Shown here: positions 34,386 through 46,768 of the stretch, one piece after another
How positions within the stretch are numbered: the first letter of the stretch is position 1
Layout: each line of letters starts with the position of its first letter
Assembly: GCA_043228905.1 (NCBI GenBank)
Contig: JBHGNT010000011.1
Location: 2,232,001 to 2,296,000, forward strand
DNA from: Azolla caroliniana
Lineage: Eukaryota > Plantae > Polypodiophyta
DNA length: 64,000 bases
Direction of reading: 5' to 3'
The notes under the pieces: generated by a model
Databases searched by the model: none
The model's input: the letters and a program-made list of their open reading frames with translations, nothing else
What the model was told of the DNA's origin: nothing
Translations under genes and position numbers: made by a program

Positions 34386-37007
34386 TTGTGTGTATGGGTG
34401 CATGCGCAAGCAAGCACGAGCGATTACAATTATTATTATTTTTTACATTCACAAATTGTGATATATTGTTTTTGACTTGTGGAGATTATAGGGTTGACAG
34501 GTTTTTCGTGTGATTATGTGTGAACAAGTCCAAGTTTGTGCACGAGTGAGATTGAGTTGAGTTTTCGCGGAATGGAATCTATATCTACCCTCTCGTTGGT
34601 TAGGATGTAATGTTCTTCACTTCCATAGTGCGTGAAACAAAACATTGTGGTTAGGACTTTTCACACACTAGTAGATTACATTATAAGTGTGTCTTGTGGA
34701 GTTAAAGTGGGGATCTTCACATTATCGTGGATGAGGACCGAATTTCTTAGGTCTATCTTGTAACATGGGGAACAATGGCAACATATGAATGTTATTGTGT
34801 TTAGGACCTAATTGTGAGCTATTGAGTTCGCATCCCCTCCCAAACTTATCTTTGTGTGAAAATCCTTGATGTAGAAACTCATAATGTTGAATGGGCTATG
34901 GAAGGAAACTCGATGAAAAACACTAATCAAACTCCTTTGGTTCGTGTCACAACCTCTAGTTAGGTCAATTAGAGCTTGTTCTATAAATGGGGCCAATATC
35001 CCCCTCCATTCAAAAACCCCGATGTATATATGTTGAGCCTCACACGTAATAAACATTACAATTCCAAACGTTGTTTTTTCAATATGTCATTGATAGTTTG
35101 ACGTAAAACTCCATCCCAATGTCACGACTTTATAGATATGACCATCTCAAGAAAATATAATGGCCATTAACATATGAATGTGTGATTAACCAACTGATAA
35201 TTGAAAAGTAATGGAGATATCTCACTTATCTACAAAAATGGTGTCACTTTATTTGAAGGTTGGCAATGATATACATTAATTACTAATAGACCAAATGATT
35301 AGACATAGTTTCATGTCTTCTAGATTTTCTGCTACCATTTGCTATAGCCAAACACTCCTTGAAAAGCAAAAGGTATTTGCCAAAACAAATAACAATGAGC
35401 AATTGCGATTAATTGGTGGCGAGAATAAATAGCAAAAAGGCATCCATAGATCAAAGTAATACATGCACAAGTATATACCTTAACTTTTTCATAGATGTTG
35501 GTTCACCCTTCTTAACACGACAAACACTTTACATTTTCTTTTTAGAATTTTCCATGAATTTTCATCAATATTTGAACTTTGATACTTCAAGGAAAAGTGT
35601 AAAGAAAAGATGCATATTAATTGATGACTTGCCATGAGAATCTCTAGGTAAAGTTGAGTGTGAAAGAATTGGCTTGACATTAGATGTCTATACAAGCTCC
35701 TATAACAAGAATCTAGCACCCAAATCATGGTATGGAAGCATTGACCAGCTTTTGGATGTCTTGCATGTTTTGAGCTGACATATTATTGCTTCCAACTTCA
35801 TTCAAGACATTGCTTTGTAAACTTGTTGTTGGAATACACTAAATGCACACTAAACCATACACAATACAAATCATCCATGGGCTTCCATTTGGAGCATCTT
35901 TTGGTTAATATCCTACACTTACGAAAATGTATTCAAGCTTTAAAAAAAACCACGCTTACGCAAGTAGATGTATAAATATAACATAAGGTCATTTACACAT
36001 ATTCGTGAGCTTTATGTCGCCCACGAAAAGTTTGTGAGGACAATGTTGAGGGTAACATACAATTAGATGAGCATTCCTCTTTCAAGGTATTTTCATCACA
36101 TGAGATACTAAGACACAACTATTCGGCATTTTTTAACACAATGATGAGCATCCATGCATCAACAATATTCAATGTTGATTTTAATTTAACAATGTTTATT
36201 GCCTATGTACAGACTATGACACAAGATTCTCTTATTGGAAACTACTTAAGCAATGACCAAATGCAAGGTTACATTGAAGTGACCTTATTTTCACATAATA
36301 CATTGAAATTCTTATTGGTATTTATGGTGATGGTGTGTATTGTTGCATACTAAGTGTACTAACAAGTAATCAAGTTTCTAAGGATAACACTCGTGGCCCA
36401 TATATATTGTGTTGCGTCAACACAAGTTCACTCACGCTCGTTCGTTAAGTAGCGTGAGTTTCATGTGTGTGGCAAAGTCTATTGATGTATGCACAAATTG
36501 AGGCTTATAGAAAAGGCACGTCACGAAATCACATGATCACCGAGACTATGGAATGCCTAACCAAATTCGAAGCCGACAATAAGTTAGTGTTAGGAGTTGG
36601 CAACATCTCGGTTCAAGCCTACATCGAACCGTTCAACCGTTTTTAAACAGTTTGGAGATTTGGTGGTTCGGTTCTGTTCGGCTTGGTTCAAGCTTGAACT
36701 TCGTTAACCGGTTTGAGCTCGGTTTGGCAAGGCTCAAGCCAAACCGTACCGGTTAAGGCTGAAGCTTGAACTTTGCCGACACAAAGTAGCGCCACGTGGT
36801 TACGTGCCTACTTAAGTAAAAGCAAAAAGCAAAAGCAAAAGCAAAAGCAAAAGGCAATAAACTCCCGCCCAAAATTTCGGATTTTCCCGCCCAAAATTTC
36901 TCACATGCAGTTTCTTTGTTCGCCATCGCTATCGCCATCTCCATCTCCATCTCATCCTTCTCTGTAGACCTTGCTCGTTTCTGTGAGCAGGACGTGCTCT
37001 CAGAGAC

Positions 37008-38316
37008 ATGTCTGCGTGGGGGAAGAAGCATCGCTCTAACGAAGGAGCCGCCGATGATGGACTTGATGATGAGAAACCTGCCAAGAAAGTGGCGCGAACG
37101 GAGAGCGACGATTCTGGTGGCATCACTGTTTGTCAGGTATGCGTTTGATTTCTTCAGAGCAAATGAATTAGACATCCTATTGTTGTAGTTTCTCTCTGCG
37201 TACATGGTTTTCTTTTTGTGGTTAGCTTGTTGAAGGTTTTGTGCTTGAAAGGGCTACGGATTTCCATTTTCTCTGTATGTAGATCATTACCGTTTCCATA
37301 AGATACGGATATTTTTAATTGCTATGTTTTGTCCACCTGCTTCGTTTATATGGTATTGTCACAAGCAATTTGCAGTCTGGAATATTAGCATAATGCCGAC
37401 ACAAACTGAGGACATAGTAATGCATACTGGAATTCTACTATTATAACGAATGGATGTTTGCGATTCTCAGTGTCATGCATGTTGGTATATATATATTACA
37501 ATGATGTAAATACAGGAGCAATTGTTTGTATCTACGACTAAATTATATGTGTATAGGACCAAATGATGTTTTCATCATCAAAGCAGCTATTGGGACATTG
37601 TAAGGTTAGGAGTTGTATATTTATGACTAATGAAGAATATATACATTTAAATGATGTATTCATCAGCTCTCTGGGCTTCGCAAAGTTTCAGTCAGATCCT
37701 TTAAGGGAAAGGTTTATGTGGACATAAGAGAATTCTACACAAAAGATGGAAAGGAAATGCCCGGGAAGAAAGGTTTGTCTTTAATAACCTTTTATTCTTT
37801 ACGATGATATTGCTATGCGCATCAGTTATTATTACTAACACTAACTTTGGTGTTTGATATATATGTACTCTTCTCACATTAAGGAATTTCCCTCTCAATG
37901 GATCAGGTACGTATTAACGACGACGTCTCTTGTTTTGTTTGTGCCCACATAACAACTTCAATTATAGCAATGATTGAATGCTAGAGATAGGATTGTTAAG
38001 CATATATCATGGATATGGTCCTAGGAGTCCATGAATGCTCAATAGGAGATTATTGGGCATATAGTGTTCAATGGAATCGGCCAAGTGTTGAGACAGTCAT
38101 CGGACACTAAAGTCTAGTTTGAGCGGATGTAGTTCTTGTCAACTTCTGTTATAAACATACTTTTGTGTACACAGATCAATCAAGTTTGATCTAGTCATTT
38201 AGCATATGTGAAAGTTTTGTGACAAAACAAAATTGTGTATTGAACAATGTATACAGTGGGAGGTTCTACGGGACAATATCGAGGTAATCGATAAAGCCAT
38301 ACAAGAAAGTGGATGA
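37008..38316 (+). CDS. KIWI: RNA polymerase II transcriptional coactivator, PC4/KIWI family; 105 aa, 4 exons
   Basis: Exons 37008-37136, 37667-37772, 37884-37906, 38257-38316 give MSAWGKKHR...ITVCQ|[36 protein letters not shown]|ISLSMDQ|[19 protein letters not shown], the canonical PC4 domain. Missed by the ORF track. Confidence 0.93.
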
Positions 38317-39869
38317 ATCGATTCAGTCTGATACTTGTGTAAAGCTTACTGTCTCAAAGGTTCTGTCCGGATAGATACTAAGATTTATTGACATTATGTA
38401 ATCTGGCTAATTTTGATATTTCTCGAAAGCATATTATCTCAGAAGGATTTTGTGGTTCTTATGAAGCTTTCATGAGATTCAACTCCTGAATTTCTAGGAT
38501 TGCCTCATGTTGTAATTTGAAACTCAAAATGCATACAAGCATGCTTGTTTTTGGAGAGGCCACAAAATTTGTATGCACTTAAAGCTGGCTTCGTATGGGA
38601 GAAGATAAGATCGAGTACTATATACATGCCAGATTGTTTCATGTTGTAATTTGAAGCCCAAAATATATACATGCACACTTGTTTTTGGAGAGCATATGAA
38701 AGTGTGCTTCATGATATTGAATATACATTTTTAAACTGTTTATGTTCGTACATTAAATTTAGTCTTTCATAATAGAGCATTTGTTACAGGAGTTGCAGGT
38801 GATGTGGTCTTACCCTTCTAGATGAGATTCATTGAACTGAATTTAATAATGTACTATACAGACGCTGCAACTAGAATTAACTTGATAATGTCTCATTATG
38901 GAGAAAAAACCTAAAAATGTTTAGGGTTTAGGTCAATAGATGTTAATGTTTCTCCCTCACTGGAAAAAGGAACGCCTCGAAATAGCAGGCCAAGGACTTG
39001 TCTCAAGCGCACTAGGTTCTGAAAATAGTCATTAGTCTGCAGTCAGACTCTGGATAGAAGGGTCAGTGTTTGGGCATATTCATAAAATATTTAAGAAGCG
39101 CTTCATTGCTATGATGGTAAGGGAACTTCATAAGACTACATCTTGAACTATAACTGAACGTGAGTGTGATGCAAACTAAAAGACAGTTTTCAAATTTTGT
39201 ATATCTACCAGCATCTCTAGACCATTGTCTGCATCACAGCATTTGGACATATGCCCAGGAATGTATGCAATAAATTTTCATAAACTGTGATAATGGTTGA
39301 GGCATATGCCATGTTCAAGCTTGCTTTCGTTGCTACTCCACATGCAAGACAGCATTTTGTGCTGAGGTTGTGACGAACCTTTGCTTACTCATCATTGAAC
39401 GTTTTGTGCTGAGGTTATGTGGATAAGTTGCCTGAATGTCAATGGTATATACATTTGGAGGCTGCTCTTTTAGAGCTTGGGTAAAAATGATAGAATCATT
39501 CACGTGCCTTCAGATGGATGCTCACGTGGCTAGCTGAAAAGGCCAATTATTGGTTTGCGCAGGGGCCAGCATAATCTTCTTGCATTTCAGATTGTATTAG
39601 TCTCCATTTAATCCATTTACACATCATGTCCATGCTTTTACTCAGCCTCATGATAGACTAGCCAAATCTACCATTCTCCCACAGTTCTATGTATAAGGTT
39701 CAGCTCATGGCAATTCTCCAGCCGTTCAACATTTCTTTGAAATTGATATCCAATGGCACTACTCCCTTCTCTTATGTTTCCTCTCATATTTACATTTAGA
39801 TCAGCCTTTAGTTGTTAATATTTAATGCGGCCAAGTATGGTATATTCACGAATTTTAGTATACATTATT

Positions 39870-42800
39870 CTAACCACACACACATGCTTTCTCAAATACA
39901 TTCATTTCAAGGCTTAAAGTGCCACCCCTGGTTACAGTAGTTCCACCTATACGAGATCTTAAAACAGAAGCTCTAGCACAGTTTTCATCCACATGCATTG
40001 CTTGCTTGAAAGCTAGTTCTCCGTGTTCTAGACTTCCCCATCTTCTACTAGCACTAAGTACAGCATGCCATACCACAAGATGAGGGCCATATGGCATCCT
40101 TCTAGCCACTTCCATGACTTTGTCCAATTCACCTAAACATCCAAGAAGATTAATCATCCAAACACAGTGATTAAAGGAAGGCTTAATCCCATACTCTTTG
40201 CTCATAGCTTCAAAACATGTTAAGCTCTTGTCCAAATACCCTGTGCGGCTGCAAACACTCAGAATAGCAATGAATGTTACTGAATCCGGCTTTATGTGTC
40301 TTTCAAGCATCCTATAAAAAATGGAGAACACATTTTTTGTTTCTCCAAGCTTGGAGTACCCCACAATTAGTGTATTCCATGAGACCAAGTCTTGAACTGG
40401 AAGCACGTCAAAGACTGCTTGTGCTTTTGCAAGGAAGCCAAGTTTAGCATACACATTAACTAAGCTGTTTCCAATCACACAATTCCTTTGTAAAAACCCT
40501 TGTTTCTCAATCTGGGAATGTATTACATAGAGCTTGTCTATTGCCCCAATGTTACCACATACTTTTAAGCTGCAGATAAATGAAGGAGCATTCAGAGGAA
40601 AACCCTCGAGTTGCATTTTCTCTAAGCATTTAAGTGCCACATTATGGTTACCATGTCCCGTATATCCTAAAATCAGGGTTGTCCACGAGACCATGTCTCT
40701 TGCTAGGAGCTCGTTAAACACTTGTTCTGCCATTGTAAGACATCCTGATTTCGCATACATACCGATCAAAGTGTTGCCAACGGTAATATTCCTGGTCAGT
40801 AAACCCTGCCTCTGAATCTCAAAATGCAGTTCTTGACCCTTGCCCATGGTGTGAATGCTATTACAAGCTTTTAAACAGCAAAGAAATGTCACACTGTTCA
40901 GTGAAACACCCTCAAGCTTCATCCTTTCAAAGTACTCAAGAGCCTCTTGGTTATAGCCATATCCAATATAGCCTCCAATGACTGCGGTCCATGAGACTAC
41001 ATCATGCATTGGGAGCTTCTCAAAGATATAAATGGCTTCAAGAAGATAGTCACATTTGATAAACATACTCATCACTGCATTGCCAATGATGAGGTCCACA
41101 TGCAATAGACCGAGTGTTTCAATCAGAGAATATATTTCTTGGCCCTTTTCCACATTTCCAATGCTACCACAGGCTTCTAAACTAGCAACAAATGTGAGAG
41201 TATTTGGGATTATTCCCTGAAGAAGCATTCTCATTAAACATTCCAGTACTTCTTTGCTGTAGCCGTAGCTAGAATATCCTGCAATAAGGGAAGTCCAAAC
41301 AACTACATCTTTGACTGGAAGCTTGTCAAACATTTTTTGTGCTTCAGCAAGCCAGCCATATTTAGCATACATGTCAATGAGTGAACTACAAAGTTGAAAA
41401 TCCCTTTCAATGAAGCCTTTCTTTTCTATCTCAATGTGTATCTCTTGTCCCTTATCTGCATTGTAAATACTAATACAAGCTTTCAAACAGTGAATATATG
41501 TCACTGCATTTGGATACACGCCCAGGAGATGCATGTCTTCAAAACATTTGATAGCTTGTTCACCATCCTCCTGTTCAACATACCCTGCAATCAATGTGTT
41601 CCATGTAACTACATTTCTAATAGGAAGTTTGTTAAAGACTTCACATGCCTCTAGAAGGCAGCCACATTTCGCATATGCATAGACCAAAGTGTTGCCAACA
41701 TTGATTTCTCTTTCCAACAACCCTTCTCTTTCAATGACAATATACAACTCTTTTATGGTATCTAGAGCTCCAATGAGACCACAGGCTTTCAATCCATAGA
41801 TAAATGTGACTGCATTTGGAGCAACACCTTCAATTTGCATCTTCTTAAAATAAATGAGACCCATATCAGCATATCCATTTTCAACAAATCCAGAGATTAA
41901 TGTGGCCCAAGAGACCTCATCTCTGACTTGCAACTTGTCAAATACATGTTGTGCTATATTAAAACAGCCTAAATTTGCATACATGCCCACTAAACTATTC
42001 CCAATGGCCATGTCTGTCTCTAACAATCCTCGTATTTCAATGTTTATATGTATTTGTTGACCCTTTTGTACAGCTCCTGTTCTACTACATGCTCTCAGGA
42101 CAAATATATATGTAACTGTATTCGGGGAGATACGCTCAACTTGCATCTTTTGGTAAAGCTTCAATGCTTCCATATCATACCCATATTTCACATATCCAGA
42201 TATAATTGCTGTCCAAGGAACAACGCCACAAACTGTGAGTTTGTCAAACACCTTTAGTGCTGTCAGAAGTAAGCCACACTTGACATACATATCAACCAAT
42301 GTGGTTCCAACATCTTGATTGTCATCCAACAACCCCACTTTCTCAATCTCCATGTGCATTTTTTGACCTTCATGGATGGCTCCTATGCTGCTACAAGCTT
42401 TCAATGCACTAACCAAGGTGACTACATTAGGTAAATAACCTTCTTGTTCCATCTGTTTAAAGCATCTTAATGCTTCTTCACCATATCCACCTTCAGCACA
42501 TCCGTAAATTAACGTATTCCACGAGACCACATTCTGTATAGCAATATTCTTTAATGTCTCTGTTGCTTTTGAAAGGGACCCCACTTTAACATACATACAA
42601 ATCAATGCATTACCAACATTCTTGCTTTCTAATAACCCTCCTCTTGCAAGCTCTGCATGTATAATCTGCCCCTTCTCTAAATCTCCAATGTTACCACAAG
42701 CTTTCAGGCAGCAAACTAGTGTAACTGCATCTGGTGTCAAACCCTCAATTTGCATTTTTTGAAAACAATCTAATGCTTCATCATCATATCCATTTTCAAC

Positions 42801-43637
42801 ATATCCTGCAATAAGTGATGTCATCGATACTACATCTTGAATAGAAAGTTGTCCACGCACTTCTTGGGCTAGGTTGAGAGCACCCATTTTTGCATACATA
42901 TTGACCAAAGCATTCCCTAGCATGAGGTTAGTTTTTAAGAACCCAATTCTTTCAACCTCAGCATGAATAAATTTACCTTTACCTAGTGCTTCCAATCCAA
43001 TATTGGCACATGCTTTCAATGTGCAACCATATGTGATCACATTGGGGAAGATTCCTTCAATCATCATTTTCTCAAAACATGTGAGAGCTTCCTCATTAGA
43101 GTTATTTTCAACGTATCCTTCTATCAATGCAGTCCAAGTGACAACATCATGAAAGGAAATCTTGTTAAACACTTGTTGTGCTTTAGAAAGAGAATAACAC
43201 TTACCATACATATCAACCAAGCTACTTCCTATAAAAGGGTTAGTTTCAAGAAATCCCATACTTGCAACTCTAATGTGTATAGAAAGTCCTCCCTTGAGAT
43301 CCTTCATCTTTGCACATGCCCTTAATAGATCCACAAAACTGTGTTCATTTAGAAGATTTAATGACTCATCTCTATACAAATCATGGAAAAGGGTAAGAGC
43401 ATGGTGAGGCAGGCCACATTTGATATACCCGTGGATGAGTGTGTTCCATGAAAGCTCATTTTGATGAGCTAAGGAATCAAAAACCTTAAGTCCATACTGT
43501 ATTTTTCCAAGTTCAATTAGCAGAGAGGCAAGGTAGCTTCCCAATGCTATATGAGTCTTTAATCCAGTTCTCTTCATGAGGTTTATGACCTGATTTTGTT
43601 CTTTGCACATCGCATGTATGTGCCAGATATGTGGCAA
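39870..43637 (-). CDS. PLS-class pentatricopeptide repeat protein with E domain, no DYW domain; probable organellar RNA-editing specificity factor
   Basis: 1255-codon uninterrupted ORF with about 11 P-L-S triplets (DVVSWNTLI..GY / PNAVTF..LKAC / GNALVDMYAKCG), ending in E1/E2-like YGIKPSFNH...PHLVVWHAVLSASRRWG. Start uncertain: first in-frame ATG at 43610; a possible upstream exon would use a donor at ~43913 and an acceptor at ~43674. Confidence 0.93.
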   Translation of the reverse strand: MPHIWHIHAMCKEQNQVINLMKRTGLKTHIALGSYLASLLIELGKIQYGLKVFDSLAHQNELSWNTLIHGYIKCGLPHHALTLFHDLYRDESLNLLNEHSFVDLLRACAKMKDLKGGLSIHIRVASMGFLETNPFIGSSLVDMYGKCYSLSKAQQVFNKISFHDVVTWTALIEGYVENNSNEEALTCFEKMMIEGIFPNVITYGCTLKACANIGLEALGKGKFIHAEVERIGFLKTNLMLGNALVNMYAKMGALNLAQEVRGQLSIQDVVSMTSLIAGYVENGYDDEALDCFQKMQIEGLTPDAVTLVCCLKACGNIGDLEKGQIIHAELARGGLLESKNVGNALICMYVKVGSLSKATETLKNIAIQNVVSWNTLIYGCAEGGYGEEALRCFKQMEQEGYLPNVVTLVSALKACSSIGAIHEGQKMHMEIEKVGLLDDNQDVGTTLVDMYVKCGLLLTALKVFDKLTVCGVVPWTAIISGYVKYGYDMEALKLYQKMQVERISPNTVTYIFVLRACSRTGAVQKGQQIHINIEIRGLLETDMAIGNSLVGMYANLGCFNIAQHVFDKLQVRDEVSWATLISGFVENGYADMGLIYFKKMQIEGVAPNAVTFIYGLKACGLIGALDTIKELYIVIEREGLLEREINVGNTLVYAYAKCGCLLEACEVFNKLPIRNVVTWNTLIAGYVEQEDGEQAIKCFEDMHLLGVYPNAVTYIHCLKACISIYNADKGQEIHIEIEKKGFIERDFQLCSSLIDMYAKYGWLAEAQKMFDKLPVKDVVVWTSLIAGYSSYGYSKEVLECLMRMLLQGIIPNTLTFVASLEACGSIGNVEKGQEIYSLIETLGLLHVDLIIGNAVMSMFIKCDYLLEAIYIFEKLPMHDVVSWTAVIGGYIGYGYNQEALEYFERMKLEGVSLNSVTFLCCLKACNSIHTMGKGQELHFEIQRQGLLTRNITVGNTLIGMYAKSGCLTMAEQVFNELLARDMVSWTTLILGYTGHGNHNVALKCLEKMQLEGFPLNAPSFICSLKVCGNIGAIDKLYVIHSQIEKQGFLQRNCVIGNSLVNVYAKLGFLAKAQAVFDVLPVQDLVSWNTLIVGYSKLGETKNVFSIFYRMLERHIKPDSVTFIAILSVCSRTGYLDKSLTCFEAMSKEYGIKPSFNHCVWMINLLGCLGELDKVMEVARRMPYGPHLVVWHAVLSASRRWGSLEHGELAFKQAMHVDENCARASVLRSRIGGTTVTRGGTLSLEMNVFEKACVCG

Positions 43638-45519
43638 AACATGATGGATTTCAGTCCCAGAAGAACAGCGTGTCTACCAAGCTCAGAAATTGCCATCACC
43701 CATTATTGATGTCAATATTCAAAGATCAACTCAATGTTCAAAATGGATCAATTAAACTCGCCTACTCTCTCATAATGGGCTTACCCTAGCAGTCAAATAT
43801 TAGGCTATCAACGCAAGGTCATGGATTTGAATCCTCACTTCCACACATCTTTTGCTGCTCCAGAAATCACTTTTTTCTGAAATACATTCCACATCGGCGT
43901 ATGGAACGAGTACCTTTATGTGTAGCCGGAGATAATCGGTTGCCCATACTGGAAAGCTTCTTTCTTTTACAGGTCCTTGTTTCTCTGTGTGTGTGTGTGT
44001 GTGTGTGAAGATGGCAGTTTCTTCTTCTGTCTCCAAATCCTTCATCATTATCACCATTACCATCGCCATCGCCATCGCCATCGCCATCATCGATCATCAT
44101 GATTGGCAGCAGAAGTAGCAGCATTCAGACTAAATCAAGGGAGTAATCATCCCTTTACATACAGTCATCCATTCTTTGGTTTGAGTTTGTCTCTAATGGC
44201 TATTCATTTCACACACACACACACACCTACAAAATTGGCGGTTCCTGGTGCCAGAAATAGAGTGAAAATTTTCAAAAACCGATAGGAAGAGAGACCGGGC
44301 GTTGATTAGATCAGTGAAGATGATGAAGAAGAAGAGGATTGGATGGCGAGATAAGAAAAGGCAAAGTTTCATTGCACGACACATGTTTTCTGACTATATC
44401 GAAGGATTTGCAGCTTTTTTTGGCGAGGGGGGGGACTTGTGATGTGGGCAGGTGCAAAAAAGGAACAACGTTGAGATCAAGACTCGAGATTTGCATTGAA
44501 GTGAATAGATAATGACACAATGATCCAAATATAGCTTAAACAAAAAGAGTTGCGCATTAGATCCATTGGGTACATAATTTGATCCCTCCTTAAAGGATCG
44601 TAGGAAGGTGGCTTTACAATGTGCCAAAGACAAGAATAAGGCATGCAATCAAAACAAAATTATTCAAAAGTCAGGCATCATCCAAGGACAAGTAAGTGGT
44701 GACACATATTAAAAAGGGTTGTTTCTATTTTTATTTTGTAAGAGAGCTTTACTCTAAACTGTCCATTTCACAAATCGTCTTGCTATTACTATTTGGTTGT
44801 TGGTAAGCACAATGTTATCATTGGGATGATTGGGTTGGTTTCTTTCGTTTTGCAGAGTTCACATACCTAACTTAGTTCATTCTTCTATGAGATATGCTCC
44901 TTTTTTCCCATATATAGGAGATCATCCTCATTGGACAATGCTTGAACATCCCAAAGTCTCCAAGAACCTTAGTATCATGATGTGGTGTTTGCAAAGGGAG
45001 AAAAGCATTAAAATGTCAAGCTTTACCATATGTTGAAGTTCAAACAAAGTGACCAAGAGAATAAGATGATAAAGACAATATCAATATCAAAATATAGATC
45101 AAATCGTAAGAGGTGAGAATTGGAACAATTGGATCAAGGGCTTAATATCCACTAAAGGCGACAAATGATCTACGATGCATAAGTGAGAACAAAGAAGTGT
45201 GAGGTAAATACGAACATGCAAAACATATATTTTGTTTGTCAAAACTATGTGAGGTAAGATCAAGTGCATGTTAAAAGGGAGATTGCCTCTCGATATCTTG
45301 TCTCTTGTCTCACATTCCTTGTATACTTTCCGCTTTGCTCTAACTATTTGTGACAGATTGTTCACCTTCCCCTTCCTAAGCCTCATCAAGTTTGGTTCCA
45401 TCGGTAACTTAAACTAGACGATGGCAACATTACATCAACTATAGATAAAAAAAATGATAGCCTTTGGAGATAATTGCAGAAACTTCAAGAAACTTAATCT
45501 ATGGTGTTTTCAACAACTA

Positions 45520-45960
45520 ATGTTTTGGAGCCTAAGGTTAGTGTATTGGACAAATTCGATGGCATGAGGACGCGCTATCGAGGGTTTATCAATAAGATCC
45601 AACTTATCATCCAATTATAGCCCCAACCCTATTTAGATGATTTTTGCCGAGTTAGTCTCATAGGCACTCTCCTCTCGAGTTCAACACAGGCTTGGTTTGT
45701 GCCTTTAGTTGAAACATCACCACCTGTTCTACAAGACTTTGAATCAACATTTAGGGATACAGATTGACATAAAATGGTCCTCACCAAGATCTATTCATTA
45801 TAATCTTTTGTTAAACTTTCCAGAGCCCAAATCCTTGTCACAAAAAAATTGTTGTGACAATAGACTTTTTGAACTTCCCAAGAAGAGTGCACAATCTCTA
45901 TCTTTCCCACGATATGCAACACCAATGTCAACCTCACATGCCTCATCGAGTCACTCTCTT
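45520..45960 (+). pseudogene. Ty3/gypsy retrotransposon gag remnant
   Basis: Manual translation EPKVSVLDKFDGMRTRYRGFINKIQLIIQL*PQPY...LIGTLLSSSTQAWFVPLVE resembles retrotrans_gag (PxKFDG...AxxW). Contains stops. Confidence 0.7.
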
Positions 45961-46184
45961 CCAAGGTAACCAATATTGTTAAGCATCTGGTATTGGAAAC
46001 ATCGGTTGTGGAGACCAAGGCACTAACAAGGAACACCAAGCTCAACAAGCCATAGGAAAAGGGGGTATAGATAGAACACAATGTAACCAATGGGCAATCT
46101 CGTGTGAAAGGAACTCACTAACCTTGTAAACAGCTTTTAAATTCATATTTTGGTGACTTTTGTAGCTCTTCTTCAATCTTGGGT

Positions 46185-46535
46185 TTTCTCCTTTCACTTA
46201 GTGAAGAGGTTTCACACTATCCCCTTAATATTCTACTAGAGCTAAGAATGATTAGAGGGTAGAGCTAGTTATGTGAAATGTACTAATCTCTCTACTCTTG
46301 CATGGTGCTAATCTCTTTAATATTAAGGAATGGTGTATTTCTTCCTTGTGTATTCTTTGTCTATACATCTATTTCTCCTTTCACTTAGTGATTTAGAGCT
46401 TTCACACTATCCCCTTAATATTCTACTAGAGCTAAGAATGATGAGAGGGTAAAGCTAGTTAAGTGAAACACTAATCTCTCTACTCTTGCATGGTGATAAA
46501 CCTCTTTAATAATAAGAAATGGTGTATTTCTTCCT
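46185..46535. repeat. Direct tandem duplication, about 187-bp unit
   Basis: TTTCTCCTTTCACTTAGTGA...TTCACACTATCCCCTTAATATTCTACTAGAGCTAAGAATGA...AATGGTGTATTTCTTCCTT occurs twice. Confidence 0.85.
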
Positions 46536-46768
46536 TAAATTGTATCCGTTGTTGACAACCACCTTTGCCCGGTTCGCGGTCGATAGGGTATATGCTGGTC
46601 TGAATCCTCGGCCTAATGATATTGATGGGAGGCATAACTCCATCGATTTATTCACGTGTTTTAGTGTGGTGCACATGGATCCTACACAAATACCCACATC
46701 TCAATGAAGATCAATTGAGCTCGATTCAAGCCTCTTACTAATGCACAACGTCGATATCTGACGAAGAG

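Noticed and set aside
38793-38811. 18-bp match TTGCAGGTGATGTGGTCT to the MEX1 exon 4 acceptor on the opposite strand
   Set aside because: The similarity does not extend, and half of it is splice-site consensus; probably chance.
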